From NCBI GenBank assembly GCA_043803745.1, contig JAZDJS010000015.1:26017-90016 (forward strand): a DNA stretch of 64,000 nucleotides, written 5' to 3'. Positions 9,748 to 18,115 of this stretch are shown here, piece by piece. The notes under the pieces were generated by a model. The model had not been told where the DNA came from, did not search any database, and saw only the letters and a list, made by a program, of their open reading frames with translations. The stretch is from an archaeon. Lineage in GTDB: Archaea; SpSt-1190; DYHY01. Both the position numbers and the translations under genes were made by a program. Within the stretch, counting starts at the first letter, position 1; each line of letters opens with the position of its first letter.

Positions 9748-11003
9748 TCTGATACCAGACTCACATTCGCGGCTTTTGGCGTGCAAAACCAATTTATCTT
9801 CTGATTGAGGACTGCCTTCATGAAAGCGAACGCGTTCGCAAATGCGACAACAAGTCCTATTGTGAACGACATGAAAACGACATCCTTCCATTCCGACAGC
9901 TCGCCCCGCTTATGAAGGGCGATGAAGCCGCCGAACAGGAATCCCCCCGTGACGAGGAGCCTTGAACCGAAAACGAACAGGTCCGAAAGCACGAAGAGCC
10001 GCACTTCTCCGAGGAACCACCCTGCCATTCCCGCGCAGGTCATTATGACCACTGGAACGGTAGGTCCATTGCCAAGGGTGTTGAAGGCCATCATGAACCT
10101 TTGGCGCAATCCGAGGTTGCCTTCGAAGAGAATCAGCCTGAAATTGTCAATGAAAACCCGCGTGTTCCCGTAGCACCATCGCATCTGCTGCTTAAGGAAC
10201 GCCTCAAACGTGTCAGGGACCTCGCTAGGGGTTTCGTAATCCAGGTAAACAGAAGTGTATCCCCGCGCCAAAAGCTTGACGCTTATTTCGCAATCCTCAG
10301 TGACGCTATCCGGATTCCATCCGCCAACTTCCTCGAAATGCGTTCGCCGGAGGGCTCCCGCGGTCCCGCAGAAGAAGACGCTGTTGACTTTGCTGTTTAT
10401 CGGCATTATTATCGAATGATACATTATCAGGAGATATGCCGCGAAACGAGTGACAACATTAGCTTTTCGATTGTAGAAACCCTGTTTCGATTGGACAATT
10501 GCGACTTTTGAATCCGAGAACGGCTCGATTATTTTCCTCAGAAAGTCCCGCTTTGGAATCCAGTCGGAATCGAAAACAACAATGAACTCGCCCCTGCTGA
10601 AGCTCATTGCATTTTTCAGAGCTCCCGGCTTGAAGCCGGTTCTTTCAGACCTGTATACGTATTTCACCTGCCCCGGATTCTCCAGGGAAAGGCCTTCCAT
10701 CATTCTCCGGGTTTTGGGGTTGGTGCTGTCGTCCGCGATGATTATCTCATACCTTTTCCGCGGATAATCGAATTCAAGGCACTTGGAAACGCATCTTGCC
10801 GCAATCGGGTCGTTGAAAACGGGTATTTGCACCGTTATGAAAGGCAAATCCTTTTCCGCGAAGGGCTTCCAGCGAGCCGTTTTTTGCCCTTTGTCAATGA
10901 AAATGCTGATGAAAGAGAGGACTACGAAAAGAGCCGAAAAGAAGACCAAAGGGACAAGCGCCAAGTTGTAGATGAAAAGCGAAATGTCATAAGGGTCAAT
11001 CAT
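9744..11003 (-). CDS. GT2 processive glycosyltransferase (CslA/cellulose synthase-like)
   Basis: VQIPVFND, DDS, GFKPGAL, FDSD, VTED and QQMRW motifs. Confidence 0.92.
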   Translation of the reverse strand: MIDPYDISLFIYNLALVPLVFFSALFVVLSFISIFIDKGQKTARWKPFAEKDLPFITVQIPVFNDPIAARCVSKCLEFDYPRKRYEIIIADDSTNPKTRRMMEGLSLENPGQVKYVYRSERTGFKPGALKNAMSFSRGEFIVVFDSDWIPKRDFLRKIIEPFSDSKVAIVQSKQGFYNRKANVVTRFAAYLLIMYHSIIMPINSKVNSVFFCGTAGALRRTHFEEVGGWNPDSVTEDCEISVKLLARGYTSVYLDYETPSEVPDTFEAFLKQQMRWCYGNTRVFIDNFRLILFEGNLGLRQRFMMAFNTLGNGPTVPVVIMTCAGMAGWFLGEVRLFVLSDLFVFGSRLLVTGGFLFGGFIALHKRGELSEWKDVVFMSFTIGLVVAFANAFAFMKAVLNQKINWFCTPKAANVSLVSE

Positions 11004-11016
11004 TCAAGTCCCTTTC

Positions 11017-11625
11017 CTACTCACCTGCTTCCATCAAATGTTGCCTTAAAACCTTTCGCAATTGGCTATACTCGGGGATGCCAACCAGTTCCGTATTCTC
11101 TCGCCCGGCTCTGCCGACAAGCACCATTGGGAACAGTCCAGGAACGCCGAACCGGCTACATTCCCCTGCCGAACGGAGGAGTTCTTCTGGGATTTCCTGT
11201 CCGCGTGCGCACGCTTCTTCTGACCGCTCGCACAAAGTCGAAAGCGCCGAAATGAACTCGGGAGTCTTCCTCTCAATGTCGAGCAAGGTGAGGTATTCCT
11301 TTTGCAAATATGCGACTTTTCCGCTCTTGAGGAATTCGTTCTCAAGCTTCGGCAGAACGGTTTCCAGGAATTCCCTGCTTCCTTTGTCTCCCGTCCTCAG
11401 GTATGCAACCACCGTGATGCCTCCCTCTCCAGGGGACTGGCCAACGTCTACTCTCCCGCTCAAATAGGAATAAAGGGCTGAGATATTCCCGGCAGAAACG
11501 AACTCGAGAACGTTCGGGTATATCAGGCGTTCCTGACCGACGAACACAAGCGAGGACGCGACAAGCAGGGCTGCGACAAGGAAAGCGAAGGCCGGCAAAG
11601 CCCATTTTTCTCTCGACGACAGCAT
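11017..11625 (-). CDS. membrane-anchored DsbA/thioredoxin-fold-like protein lacking CxxC
   Basis: N-terminal TM; F..TVLPKLENEFLKSGKVAY and GVPGLFP pattern typical of the DsbA fold; ATG at 11625. Confidence 0.55.
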   Translation of the reverse strand: MLSSREKWALPAFAFLVAALLVASSLVFVGQERLIYPNVLEFVSAGNISALYSYLSGRVDVGQSPGEGGITVVAYLRTGDKGSREFLETVLPKLENEFLKSGKVAYLQKEYLTLLDIERKTPEFISALSTLCERSEEACARGQEIPEELLRSAGECSRFGVPGLFPMVLVGRAGRENTELVGIPEYSQLRKVLRQHLMEAGE

Positions 11626-11627
11626 TT

Positions 11628-12179
11628 TCAATCCCGGTAATTGACCGAAGTTCTCAGCATTCTTTGCCCGGACCCGTATTTGACCGACAGGGCGAACAGG
11701 AACGCCGTCCAGACGAGAAGCGCGCCGCCGACAATCGGAATCCAGCCGAACAGCAGGACGGGCGTCAGGGAGAACATTACATACTTCAGGATCTCCACAT
11801 ATTTCGTCCCGCGCAATCTTCTGCCGGAAGCGACGGAACGTGCCGCAAGGCTCGCAAGGAATGCAAGAAAGGTTCCCGCAAAAAGATAGAAAAGGAACGT
11901 CCCGAAGGAAATCCCTATTGCATAATTCGCGAAAATCCAGTAGTTTATGTCCGCTCCGTTGACAAATATCCAATAAGCGGCTTCAGCGGCAAAGAACAGG
12001 AGCCGGCAAATCCCCGCCGCGGTGGCAGTTAGCAGAAGGATTTTCAGATGGCCGAACAGAACCGCCTCGAACTTTTCCTTCCGCAGGTTCGCAAGGGCGC
12101 GTTTCGGATTTTCGAGCCAGCTAATGCGTTCTTTCAAGAGGGTTGCGAGCGGAACCATTTCTCTCCACACTTCAGACAT
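11628..12179 (-). CDS. Yip1-like membrane protein
   Basis: LENPKRAL N-terminus, five TM segments, FSLTPVLLFGWIP motif. Confidence 0.6.
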   Translation of the reverse strand: MSEVWREMVPLATLLKERISWLENPKRALANLRKEKFEAVLFGHLKILLLTATAAGICRLLFFAAEAAYWIFVNGADINYWIFANYAIGISFGTFLFYLFAGTFLAFLASLAARSVASGRRLRGTKYVEILKYVMFSLTPVLLFGWIPIVGGALLVWTAFLFALSVKYGSGQRMLRTSVNYRD

Positions 12180-12215
12180 ACAAATTTAAACTTTGCTGGG
12201 ATTGACGGGCGGGCA

Positions 12216-12794
12216 ATGCTTGAAATAAGGCGGCAGGCGGTTCATCTGATTCTTTTCAGCATCTGCGCATTCCCCGTGATTTACTTCCCTCTGAACGTCT
12301 CAATCGCGATTTTCTCTCTTCTTTTATCCGTTTCCCTGTCCGGGGGGCTCATCCTAAAGTACGACCTGGAAAGATTCCTTCCGAAAAAACTGAGGATAGT
12401 GGAAGTTCTCTCAAGGAAGGCGGAACGCAAAGAAGACGCGGGGAAGCTGCCATTCTATGGGTCAACAATCGGGCTTGTGGGAATCCTCGCAGCCCTTCTG
12501 ATTTCCGGTTCAAAGGCGTTCATTCCGATATTGATTCTCGCGTGGGGCGACAGCACCTCAACGGTTGTCGGGATTCATCTCGGAAAGACCAATCTCTTTT
12601 CAGGGAGAAGCCTCGAGGGGTCAGTTGGATTTTTCTTTGCAGCGCTAATCCCCCTCTTCATTTCAACATCCCTTTCGGACGGGAAAATAGTGCTGATTGC
12701 CCTTGCAGCAACCCTGACCGAGATATTTTCCCCCGTCAATGACAATCTCTCGATACCGATCGTCACGAGCCTGCTGCTCCGGCTGCTCGCGTAG
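12216..12794 (+). CDS. dolichol/phytol kinase (SEC59/DGK1/VTE5 family)
   Basis: RRQAVH, WGDSTSTVVG, RSLEGS and DNLSIP motifs; ATG at 12216. Confidence 0.88.
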   Translation: MLEIRRQAVHLILFSICAFPVIYFPLNVSIAIFSLLLSVSLSGGLILKYDLERFLPKKLRIVEVLSRKAERKEDAGKLPFYGSTIGLVGILAALLISGSKAFIPILILAWGDSTSTVVGIHLGKTNLFSGRSLEGSVGFFFAALIPLFISTSLSDGKIVLIALAATLTEIFSPVNDNLSIPIVTSLLLRLLA

Positions 12795-12840
12795 GACAAT
12801 ACAAAGCAAAAGAAGGACGGTTCTCGCTAAAGCAGCGGTT

Positions 12841-12957
12841 TCAGAGGCCTACCCGCTGTTTCTTCATCCGTTTCATTCTTTTCCGTCTTTTTTTTCTCCA
12901 TTTCCAGCGGCTTTTCTGCCCCTGCCGCTTTTTCCAAGGATGAGATGTTTTAGTCAC
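12841..12957 (-). CDS. rpl41e: ribosomal protein L41e (eL41/eS32), 38 aa
   Basis: manual translation from GTG: MTKTSHPWKKRQGQKSRWKWRKKRRKRMKRMKKQRVGL*; TTTTTATA box ~23 nt upstream; below the ORF-track length cutoff. Confidence 0.8.
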   Translation of the reverse strand: MTKTSHPWKKRQGQKSRWKWRKKRRKRMKRMKKQRVGL

Positions 12958-13029
12958 GAAGACATCCGGTTTTCTTGGGTATAAAAACGTTTGGCATCAG
13001 CCGTAAAAGCATAAAAGCGGACTTGAGGG

Positions 13030-13275
13030 ATGCTTGCCATGTTTCCGGCGGTCCAGATCCCCATCGAGAAAAGGCCCGGCGAAACAAGCGCATACCGTGA
13101 ATATTCGCGGCTCGGCAGGGGCGTTCTGAGAACCGAGGTGCGTGTTGGACCCGGCGCAATAGCGCTTTCATTTAGGGCAATAGAACCTGAAGAGCCCCGC
13201 GATCTCCTCGACCTCCAGATTCTTGACACACCGGCCGCAAGATACTCGTTGCTTCCAACCGGAAGATATGGATAA
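13030..13275 (+). CDS. possible small hypothetical protein
   Basis: 81-aa ORF filling an otherwise empty gap, GAGGG directly upstream; no recognisable motif. Confidence 0.3.
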   Translation: MLAMFPAVQIPIEKRPGETSAYREYSRLGRGVLRTEVRVGPGAIALSFRAIEPEEPRDLLDLQILDTPAARYSLLPTGRYG

Positions 13276-13327
13276 GACGCTAGTTGTTCGTCCGCTGCCG
13301 AACCATTTTGCCAAGCAGAGCCCTAGC

Positions 13328-13519
13328 CCGCCAAAAATTTTCTCTTTTCCCGTGTCCGTGCTGTAGCACCGACGGTCCGAGGACCGAACGGATTTTCTCT
13401 TGGCAAAGAGAAAAGGGGTTCCTGGTGGACTCCTCTGCCGAGGACCTTCGGCCGCCAAAAGCTTCCCTTTCCCCGAGGGATTTTTTCTTTGGAAAAGAAA
13501 AAAGGGGCTCCTGGTGGAC
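13328..13519. repeat. imperfect tandem duplication of the tRNA-Arg 3' end and trailer
   Basis: units 13328-13430 and 13452-13519 both run CCGCCAAAA...GATTTT.TCTT.G.AAAGA.AAAAGGGG.TCCTGGTGGAC. Confidence 0.75.
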
Positions 13520-13588
13520 CCGCTGGGATTTGAACCCAGGTCAAAGGCTCCGCAAGCCCCCATGCTATCCAAGCTATACCACGGGTCC
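13512..13588 (-). tRNA. tRNA-Arg(GCG)
   Basis: cloverleaf: GGACCCG/CGGGTCC acceptor stem, TTGCGGA anticodon loop, TTCAAAT T-loop, encoded CCA. Confidence 0.95.
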
Positions 13589-13643
13589 GTCAGTGAAACG
13601 CGCAACCAACCATTTATAATATGTTTCAGGCGAGGAATCTTGG

Positions 13644-14513
13644 ATGACGAGCCAGATACTTTTCGGACTTGTTTCAATGCTTCTATGGGCGATTTCCGAC
13701 ATAATTGCAGCTAGCGCGGTGAGAAAATCGGGAACCGGACGGGTGCTTTTCTACAGCCAGCTTTTCTCGGTCGTATTTGCATTAATTGCGGCGCCCGCTT
13801 TCCTTGGTGCAGAAGCGGCCCGGATTGATGCAGTATCAATACTCCTTTTGTCCCTTTGCGGGCTTCTTAACGCCGGCGGGTTCCTTTTTTTCTACCGGGC
13901 TCTTGAAAGGGGGAAAATATCAATTGCGGTTCCGCTCGGATACGGATGGTCAATTGTGACGGCAGTTCTCTCTGTTGCGTTCCTTGCAGAGAGACCGAGC
14001 AGGGCTCTTCTATTCGGCTCCGTTCTGGTCGTCCTCGGGGGGGTAATATCCGAGCTCAAACTATTTGGGCACCGCTCGCAGGGGCACCAACCATTTTCCG
14101 ACAAGGGAACCTATCAGGTTGTTCTATCAGTGCTACTTTGGGGAGTTTGCTACGCGCTATTTGATTCGGTTTCGTCGAGAACCGGTTCATGGTTCCTTCC
14201 GGTTCTTATCCTTCGGCTGGTTTCTCTCACGGTAATGGTTCCTTTTTTGTTCAGACCAGACAAAAAAGAGCTCCGAAAGGGGATTCTCGTTGGAACCGCC
14301 CTGATAGGGCTTTTCGAGCTCGGCGCGACGCTTTCGTATTCTGTCGGAATCTCGATTGGCTACAGCTCGGTTGTTGCCCCAATTGCAGCGGGCGCCCCAG
14401 CAATCGTCGTCGCATATTCACTGGTTTTCCTCAAGGAAAAAGTCTCGAGAACGCAGCTCGCCGGAATTATGTTGGTTCTTCTGGGATTGATTATTGCAGC
14501 CTTCGCAGCCTGA
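13644..14513 (+). CDS. EamA/DMT family transporter
   Basis: ten TM segments in two repeats; FYRALERGKISIAVPL and FLKEKVS motifs. Confidence 0.9.
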   Translation: MTSQILFGLVSMLLWAISDIIAASAVRKSGTGRVLFYSQLFSVVFALIAAPAFLGAEAARIDAVSILLLSLCGLLNAGGFLFFYRALERGKISIAVPLGYGWSIVTAVLSVAFLAERPSRALLFGSVLVVLGGVISELKLFGHRSQGHQPFSDKGTYQVVLSVLLWGVCYALFDSVSSRTGSWFLPVLILRLVSLTVMVPFLFRPDKKELRKGILVGTALIGLFELGATLSYSVGISIGYSSVVAPIAAGAPAIVVAYSLVFLKEKVSRTQLAGIMLVLLGLIIAAFAA

Positions 14514-14553
14514 AAGAAGAATTTATAAACCGCTCCAAGAAGCCCAATGTATT

Positions 14554-14727
14554 ATGGCTGAAGAGAGCAAAGCATGCGTTTCCTGCGGCAAAAAAGTCGC
14601 CGCAATTAAGGGCAGTCTGACTTTTATGTGCCCTTCGTGCGGAAACGAGACGATTCGCAGGTGCTTTCCCTGCAGAAAAGCCGGAAGATTGTACACCTGC
14701 AAGGGCTGCGGATTTGTCGGTCCCTGA
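14554..14727 (+). CDS. DUF1610 zinc-finger protein (HVO_2753-like)
   Basis: CVSCG..F.CPSCG..I.RC..CRK....Y.C..CGF.GP; lies upstream of EF-1beta as usual in archaea. Confidence 0.9.
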   Translation: MAEESKACVSCGKKVAAIKGSLTFMCPSCGNETIRRCFPCRKAGRLYTCKGCGFVGP

Positions 14728-14755
14728 TTTTTTGGCTGAGAAGGAGTGTATTGAA

Positions 14756-15079
14756 ATGGAAAACGGACCTGCGCAGCAGGAACAGATGAAAAAGCCGAAA
14801 AAGCCGACCAACGTGATTACCGAAATCCGAGTGATGCCCGAAGGGCTGGAAATCGACCTTGTGAAACTGCAGGAGCAGGTCAAGGCTCTCGGCGCCCAGT
14901 CAATCGAGCTAAGGGACATCGCATTCGGGCTTAAGGCAATCCACGCGGTTTTCGCGATCCCCGATTCTGACGGAGGCGCAATGGAACGCGTTGAACAGGG
15001 GCTTGCGTCAATTCCCGGAGTTGCAGCCATCGAGGTCGTCAGCATGGGACGCGAAGTTGACTTGGACGATTTCAAGTAG
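14756..15079 (+). CDS. ef1b: elongation factor 1-beta
   Basis: IRVMPEG.EIDL, IAFGLKAI and IPGV..IEVVS motifs. Confidence 0.9.
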   Translation: MENGPAQQEQMKKPKKPTNVITEIRVMPEGLEIDLVKLQEQVKALGAQSIELRDIAFGLKAIHAVFAIPDSDGGAMERVEQGLASIPGVAAIEVVSMGREVDLDDFK

Positions 15080-15122
15080 TTCCGGCAACAACCTATAAAT
15101 AAGGAACTCTGCGAACCCTGTC

Positions 15123-15860
15123 GTGGCATATGGGACAGCGGTGGAAATAGTTGAGACGAGGTTCGTGAAATTTGACAAGCCGACGGTAATAGAGGGGTTC
15201 CCCTCGGTTGGATTGGTTGGTTCTATCGCAACCGAATACATCGCCACGAAGCTGGAGATGGAGGAAATAGGGTTCATAAAATCGACGCGGTTGCCTCCGG
15301 TGACAATAGTCAAGGACGGGGTTCCCAAGGCCCCGATAAGAATCTATTCCAAGGACAACATAATCGTGTTTGTTTCCGACACGGCCGTTCCCGAGAGCCT
15401 TACATACGATCTCGCGCGGACGATAGTTGATTGGTGCAAAAAGCACGGGGCAGTGAAAATCATTTCGGTCGGCGGGATTGCACGGGAGGAAAAGCCGTCA
15501 GAAGCGAAGATTTACGTCGTTGGAACCGACCCGGTCGAAATAGCGAAAATAATAGAAACCAAGAAATATTCGGCGATAAAACTCGGTTTCCTCACTGGAC
15601 TTCTTGGGATTCTCATGATGGAATCCGGGGAAGCCGGAATCCCTGCGCACGCATATCTTACTGACGCGCTCCTCGATGCGCCCGACCCCAAGGCCGCCGC
15701 GAAAACGGTTGACGCAATTGTGGACGAGCTCGGACTAAAGCTTGAAACGCAGTCTCTCGTCCAGACCTCGGACAAAATAGAGAAGAAGATTTCCCAGCTA
15801 ATGCACCAGACAAAGCATCACCTGGAAGAAAGCAAGGCATATCCGAGCGTATATGGATGA
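15123..15860 (+). CDS. proteasome assembly chaperone (PAC2) family protein
   Basis: EGFPSVGLVGSIA, PIRIY and PDPKAA motifs. Confidence 0.9.
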   Translation: MAYGTAVEIVETRFVKFDKPTVIEGFPSVGLVGSIATEYIATKLEMEEIGFIKSTRLPPVTIVKDGVPKAPIRIYSKDNIIVFVSDTAVPESLTYDLARTIVDWCKKHGAVKIISVGGIAREEKPSEAKIYVVGTDPVEIAKIIETKKYSAIKLGFLTGLLGILMMESGEAGIPAHAYLTDALLDAPDPKAAAKTVDAIVDELGLKLETQSLVQTSDKIEKKISQLMHQTKHHLEESKAYPSVYG

Positions 15861-16320
15861 GGCAGAACTTTGCCGAATCGCAGCTGAGATAGTTGGACGC
15901 GCGATTGCACTCAAGGACTTTCTGACAGATGAGAAAACCGCGTCGGTAGGCTACTGTTGCATATACTGTCACGACCCGGAGGAATACCGGGCTCGTCTGA
16001 CAACTGCCGCCGGAATAGGGAAAATTGTCAGGGAAACGCCAACCGGACCGTTCATACTTCTGCGTGAGCCGATTCAAACAGCCGCCGGAAGCTTGCATAT
16101 ACTCAAAATAAGGGCTCCCGATCCGACTCATCCTGAGCTAGGGCATGCGGATTTCACCGCGGCCGACTATCGGAAACTTAAGAAGTGGGCACTTGGACGG
16201 GAAGGATTCAAGCTAATAGTTAGGAAAGAGCACGAAATGATTGAGTTAAAGTCTCCAGAGTTCAAGGACGTCCGGGCATATTTTCCGGACCCGCCCATAG
16301 AAACAATCTTAGGAATTTAA
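15853..16320 (+). CDS. hypothetical protein, possibly VOC/glyoxalase-like fold
   Basis: 155 aa, coupled to the upstream gene; GHADF motif. Confidence 0.6.
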   Translation: MDEAELCRIAAEIVGRAIALKDFLTDEKTASVGYCCIYCHDPEEYRARLTTAAGIGKIVRETPTGPFILLREPIQTAAGSLHILKIRAPDPTHPELGHADFTAADYRKLKKWALGREGFKLIVRKEHEMIELKSPEFKDVRAYFPDPPIETILGI

Positions 16321-16470
16321 CCCTTTCCGCGCAAATCTCCCATCCTTTCAGGGCGGAGATACGCGTGATCTTCGACCGCGAAGATAGGCTCGCTCCAAGG
16401 ATTTCACACCATTGGCCGGCTTTGCCGGCCCATCTTAGGAATCCGCGGGCTTGAGCCCGCGGTAGTTCAA
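16321..16470 (+). mobile_element. non-autonomous IS200/IS605-type mini-element (PATE/MITE-like), 150 bp
   Basis: preceded by TTTAA; left hairpin ATCTCC..CCTTTCAGGGC.GGAGAT; right hairpin CCGCGGGCT-TG-AGCCCGCGG then TAGTTCAA; no ORF. Confidence 0.7.
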
Positions 16471-16737
16471 TCAGGCGCGCCCGCCTCGCCAAAGCTCCAG
16501 GTTTTCCTTGCTAGGGGTTTTTGACAGGAGTTTTTTTGCCTCTCTTAGGCTTTCCTGGTCGGGATATTTTCCGCATTTCGGGCATTTTTCGCTCTCGGAG
16601 ACGTTCCAACCCCAGCCGCAGCGCTTGTCGGAGCAGTAGACAATTCCCGCAGATTCAACCCCGCGCCCAAGCTCGAAAGTTTTCCGGTTCGCCTCAATCA
16701 TCTTTCTGTTCGGCCTGAAATAGTTCGACTGTGCCAT
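16471..16737 (-). CDS. small zinc-ribbon protein, paralog of 893-1237
   Basis: VYCSDKRCGWGW..KCPKCG. Confidence 0.7.
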   Translation of the reverse strand: MAQSNYFRPNRKMIEANRKTFELGRGVESAGIVYCSDKRCGWGWNVSESEKCPKCGKYPDQESLREAKKLLSKTPSKENLELWRGGRA

Positions 16738-16785
16738 TGTAGGACCTTCGCCAACGGCGACCTTTTTTAGAGTTTTCCCGCCCCA

Positions 16786-17538
16786 TCACGCAACCAAAGG
16801 CACCGTGGAATATCCCCCGCTGCTTGAAAGGTACTGCTCGTGGAAAATCGGCGGCTTGCCCATGTTCCGGAGAAGCTCCGCGGTTATCTGTCTGACGAAA
16901 AGCTCCTCTCCCCCGCCGAGAATTTGGTGGACCTTTTCGTGAAGCCCGATTTCGAATTTTCCTGCGGGCGACTCTTCCTTTTTCACACGTATCTTTCTTG
17001 TTCCGAGTTCGGCCGTTCCAAGAGTATCTTTCCCCAGCATATGCCCCGGAACCTCGCGTATGTCAAAATTGCTATCCGCAAGCACTTCCGGGCGCGCGTA
17101 TATCGAATCAGCGACGACCTTCGCAGCCGACTTGTGCGGAGTCCGTCCGTGCCCGTATCTGGGGTCTTTCTTTGAAGAGCCATAAACACCTTGCCTTGCG
17201 CCATATTTCTTTGGCCCCGCATCGTAAATTTCGACGGCAGTAACTTTCCCGGAAGAAGTTGCAAGGATTCCGTATGCCCCGGCAAAAGGGTCCGGTCCCG
17301 CTAGAACGCCGGGCAAGTCTGTTGCCGCGTCCATGACCGTCCTGTCAAGCACCTTGTAACGGGGATTCTCCTCAGGAGTTTCGATTCGCCCAAGGACATA
17401 CGCGACAAACGCGCCGGGCTTTTCAGTTCCTGCAACGATGTGCCCGCGCGTCCCGAAAAGAAGGGAATCCGTTTCCGGCGAAAGTACAAGGACTGCAAGC
17501 TCCTCAATCGGAAGATTTGCATAGTTCGCAGTCAACAT
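16786..17538 (-). CDS. hypothetical protein with C-terminal HExxH zincin-like domain
   Basis: LG.....RKIRV..., GLHEKVH and downstream GEE. Confidence 0.55.
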   Translation of the reverse strand: MLTANYANLPIEELAVLVLSPETDSLLFGTRGHIVAGTEKPGAFVAYVLGRIETPEENPRYKVLDRTVMDAATDLPGVLAGPDPFAGAYGILATSSGKVTAVEIYDAGPKKYGARQGVYGSSKKDPRYGHGRTPHKSAAKVVADSIYARPEVLADSNFDIREVPGHMLGKDTLGTAELGTRKIRVKKEESPAGKFEIGLHEKVHQILGGGEELFVRQITAELLRNMGKPPIFHEQYLSSSGGYSTVPLVA

Positions 17539-17602
17539 ATTCTCATTCCCAGGTTTTGCTACTTGGCAATTGCATTAGGGGTTTATCAAGCTTTCCCTCA
17601 AA

Positions 17603-18115
17603 CTATTCAATCCGGTCGATGTATTTTACCCAATCCTTCTCCGAAAGCTGGAACACTTGCGCGCCATTTGCCTGCGCAATCATAAGCTCCTGCCCGAACT
17701 GCGTCTTGGTGGTTCCTTTGTAATTGTCCTTTCCAACAACCAACTGCACGCTTGACTCTTGGGCCGAGCCGCAGGGCGAGCAGACAATTCCGATGATTGC
17801 AGTGTCCTTGTCAGCAAGGCCCTCAAGCTTAATGCTTATTTTTGGCGGGCTCGCGGTGAATCCGGTATAAACAAGGAACGCGCCCCCCAGAAGAAGGAGA
17901 ATTGCGAGGATGTAAAGTATTTTCTTCTGCCCGCCTCCGACATCTTTGCCAATCTGGAAGCTCCCGCCCGAGGAAGGGATTGAGTAGCCTCTCTGAGGAG
18001 ACGGCCAATATGAAGGGGAAGCTGCCCCGTAATATCCCCGCCGTTGCCCGCCCGGAGAGGGCCAGTTCTGTTGTTGTCCCCCCAGTCTTTGCGGAGTTCC
18101 CAAAGTCACTGCCAT
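17603..18115 (-). CDS. single-TM hypothetical protein with low-complexity N-terminus
   Basis: Q/P/S/G/Y-rich N-terminus, one TM segment, small beta-rich C-domain. Confidence 0.6.
   Translation of the reverse strand: MAVTLGTPQRLGGQQQNWPSPGGQRRGYYGAASPSYWPSPQRGYSIPSSGGSFQIGKDVGGGQKKILYILAILLLLGGAFLVYTGFTASPPKISIKLEGLADKDTAIIGIVCSPCGSAQESSVQLVVGKDNYKGTTKTQFGQELMIAQANGAQVFQLSEKDWVKYIDRIE

Noticed and set aside
8923-9804. Long antisense ORFs (also 19354-20073, 48020-48919, 53874-54902, 55520-56506)
   Set aside because: Shadows of well-supported genes on the opposite strand with no motifs of their own
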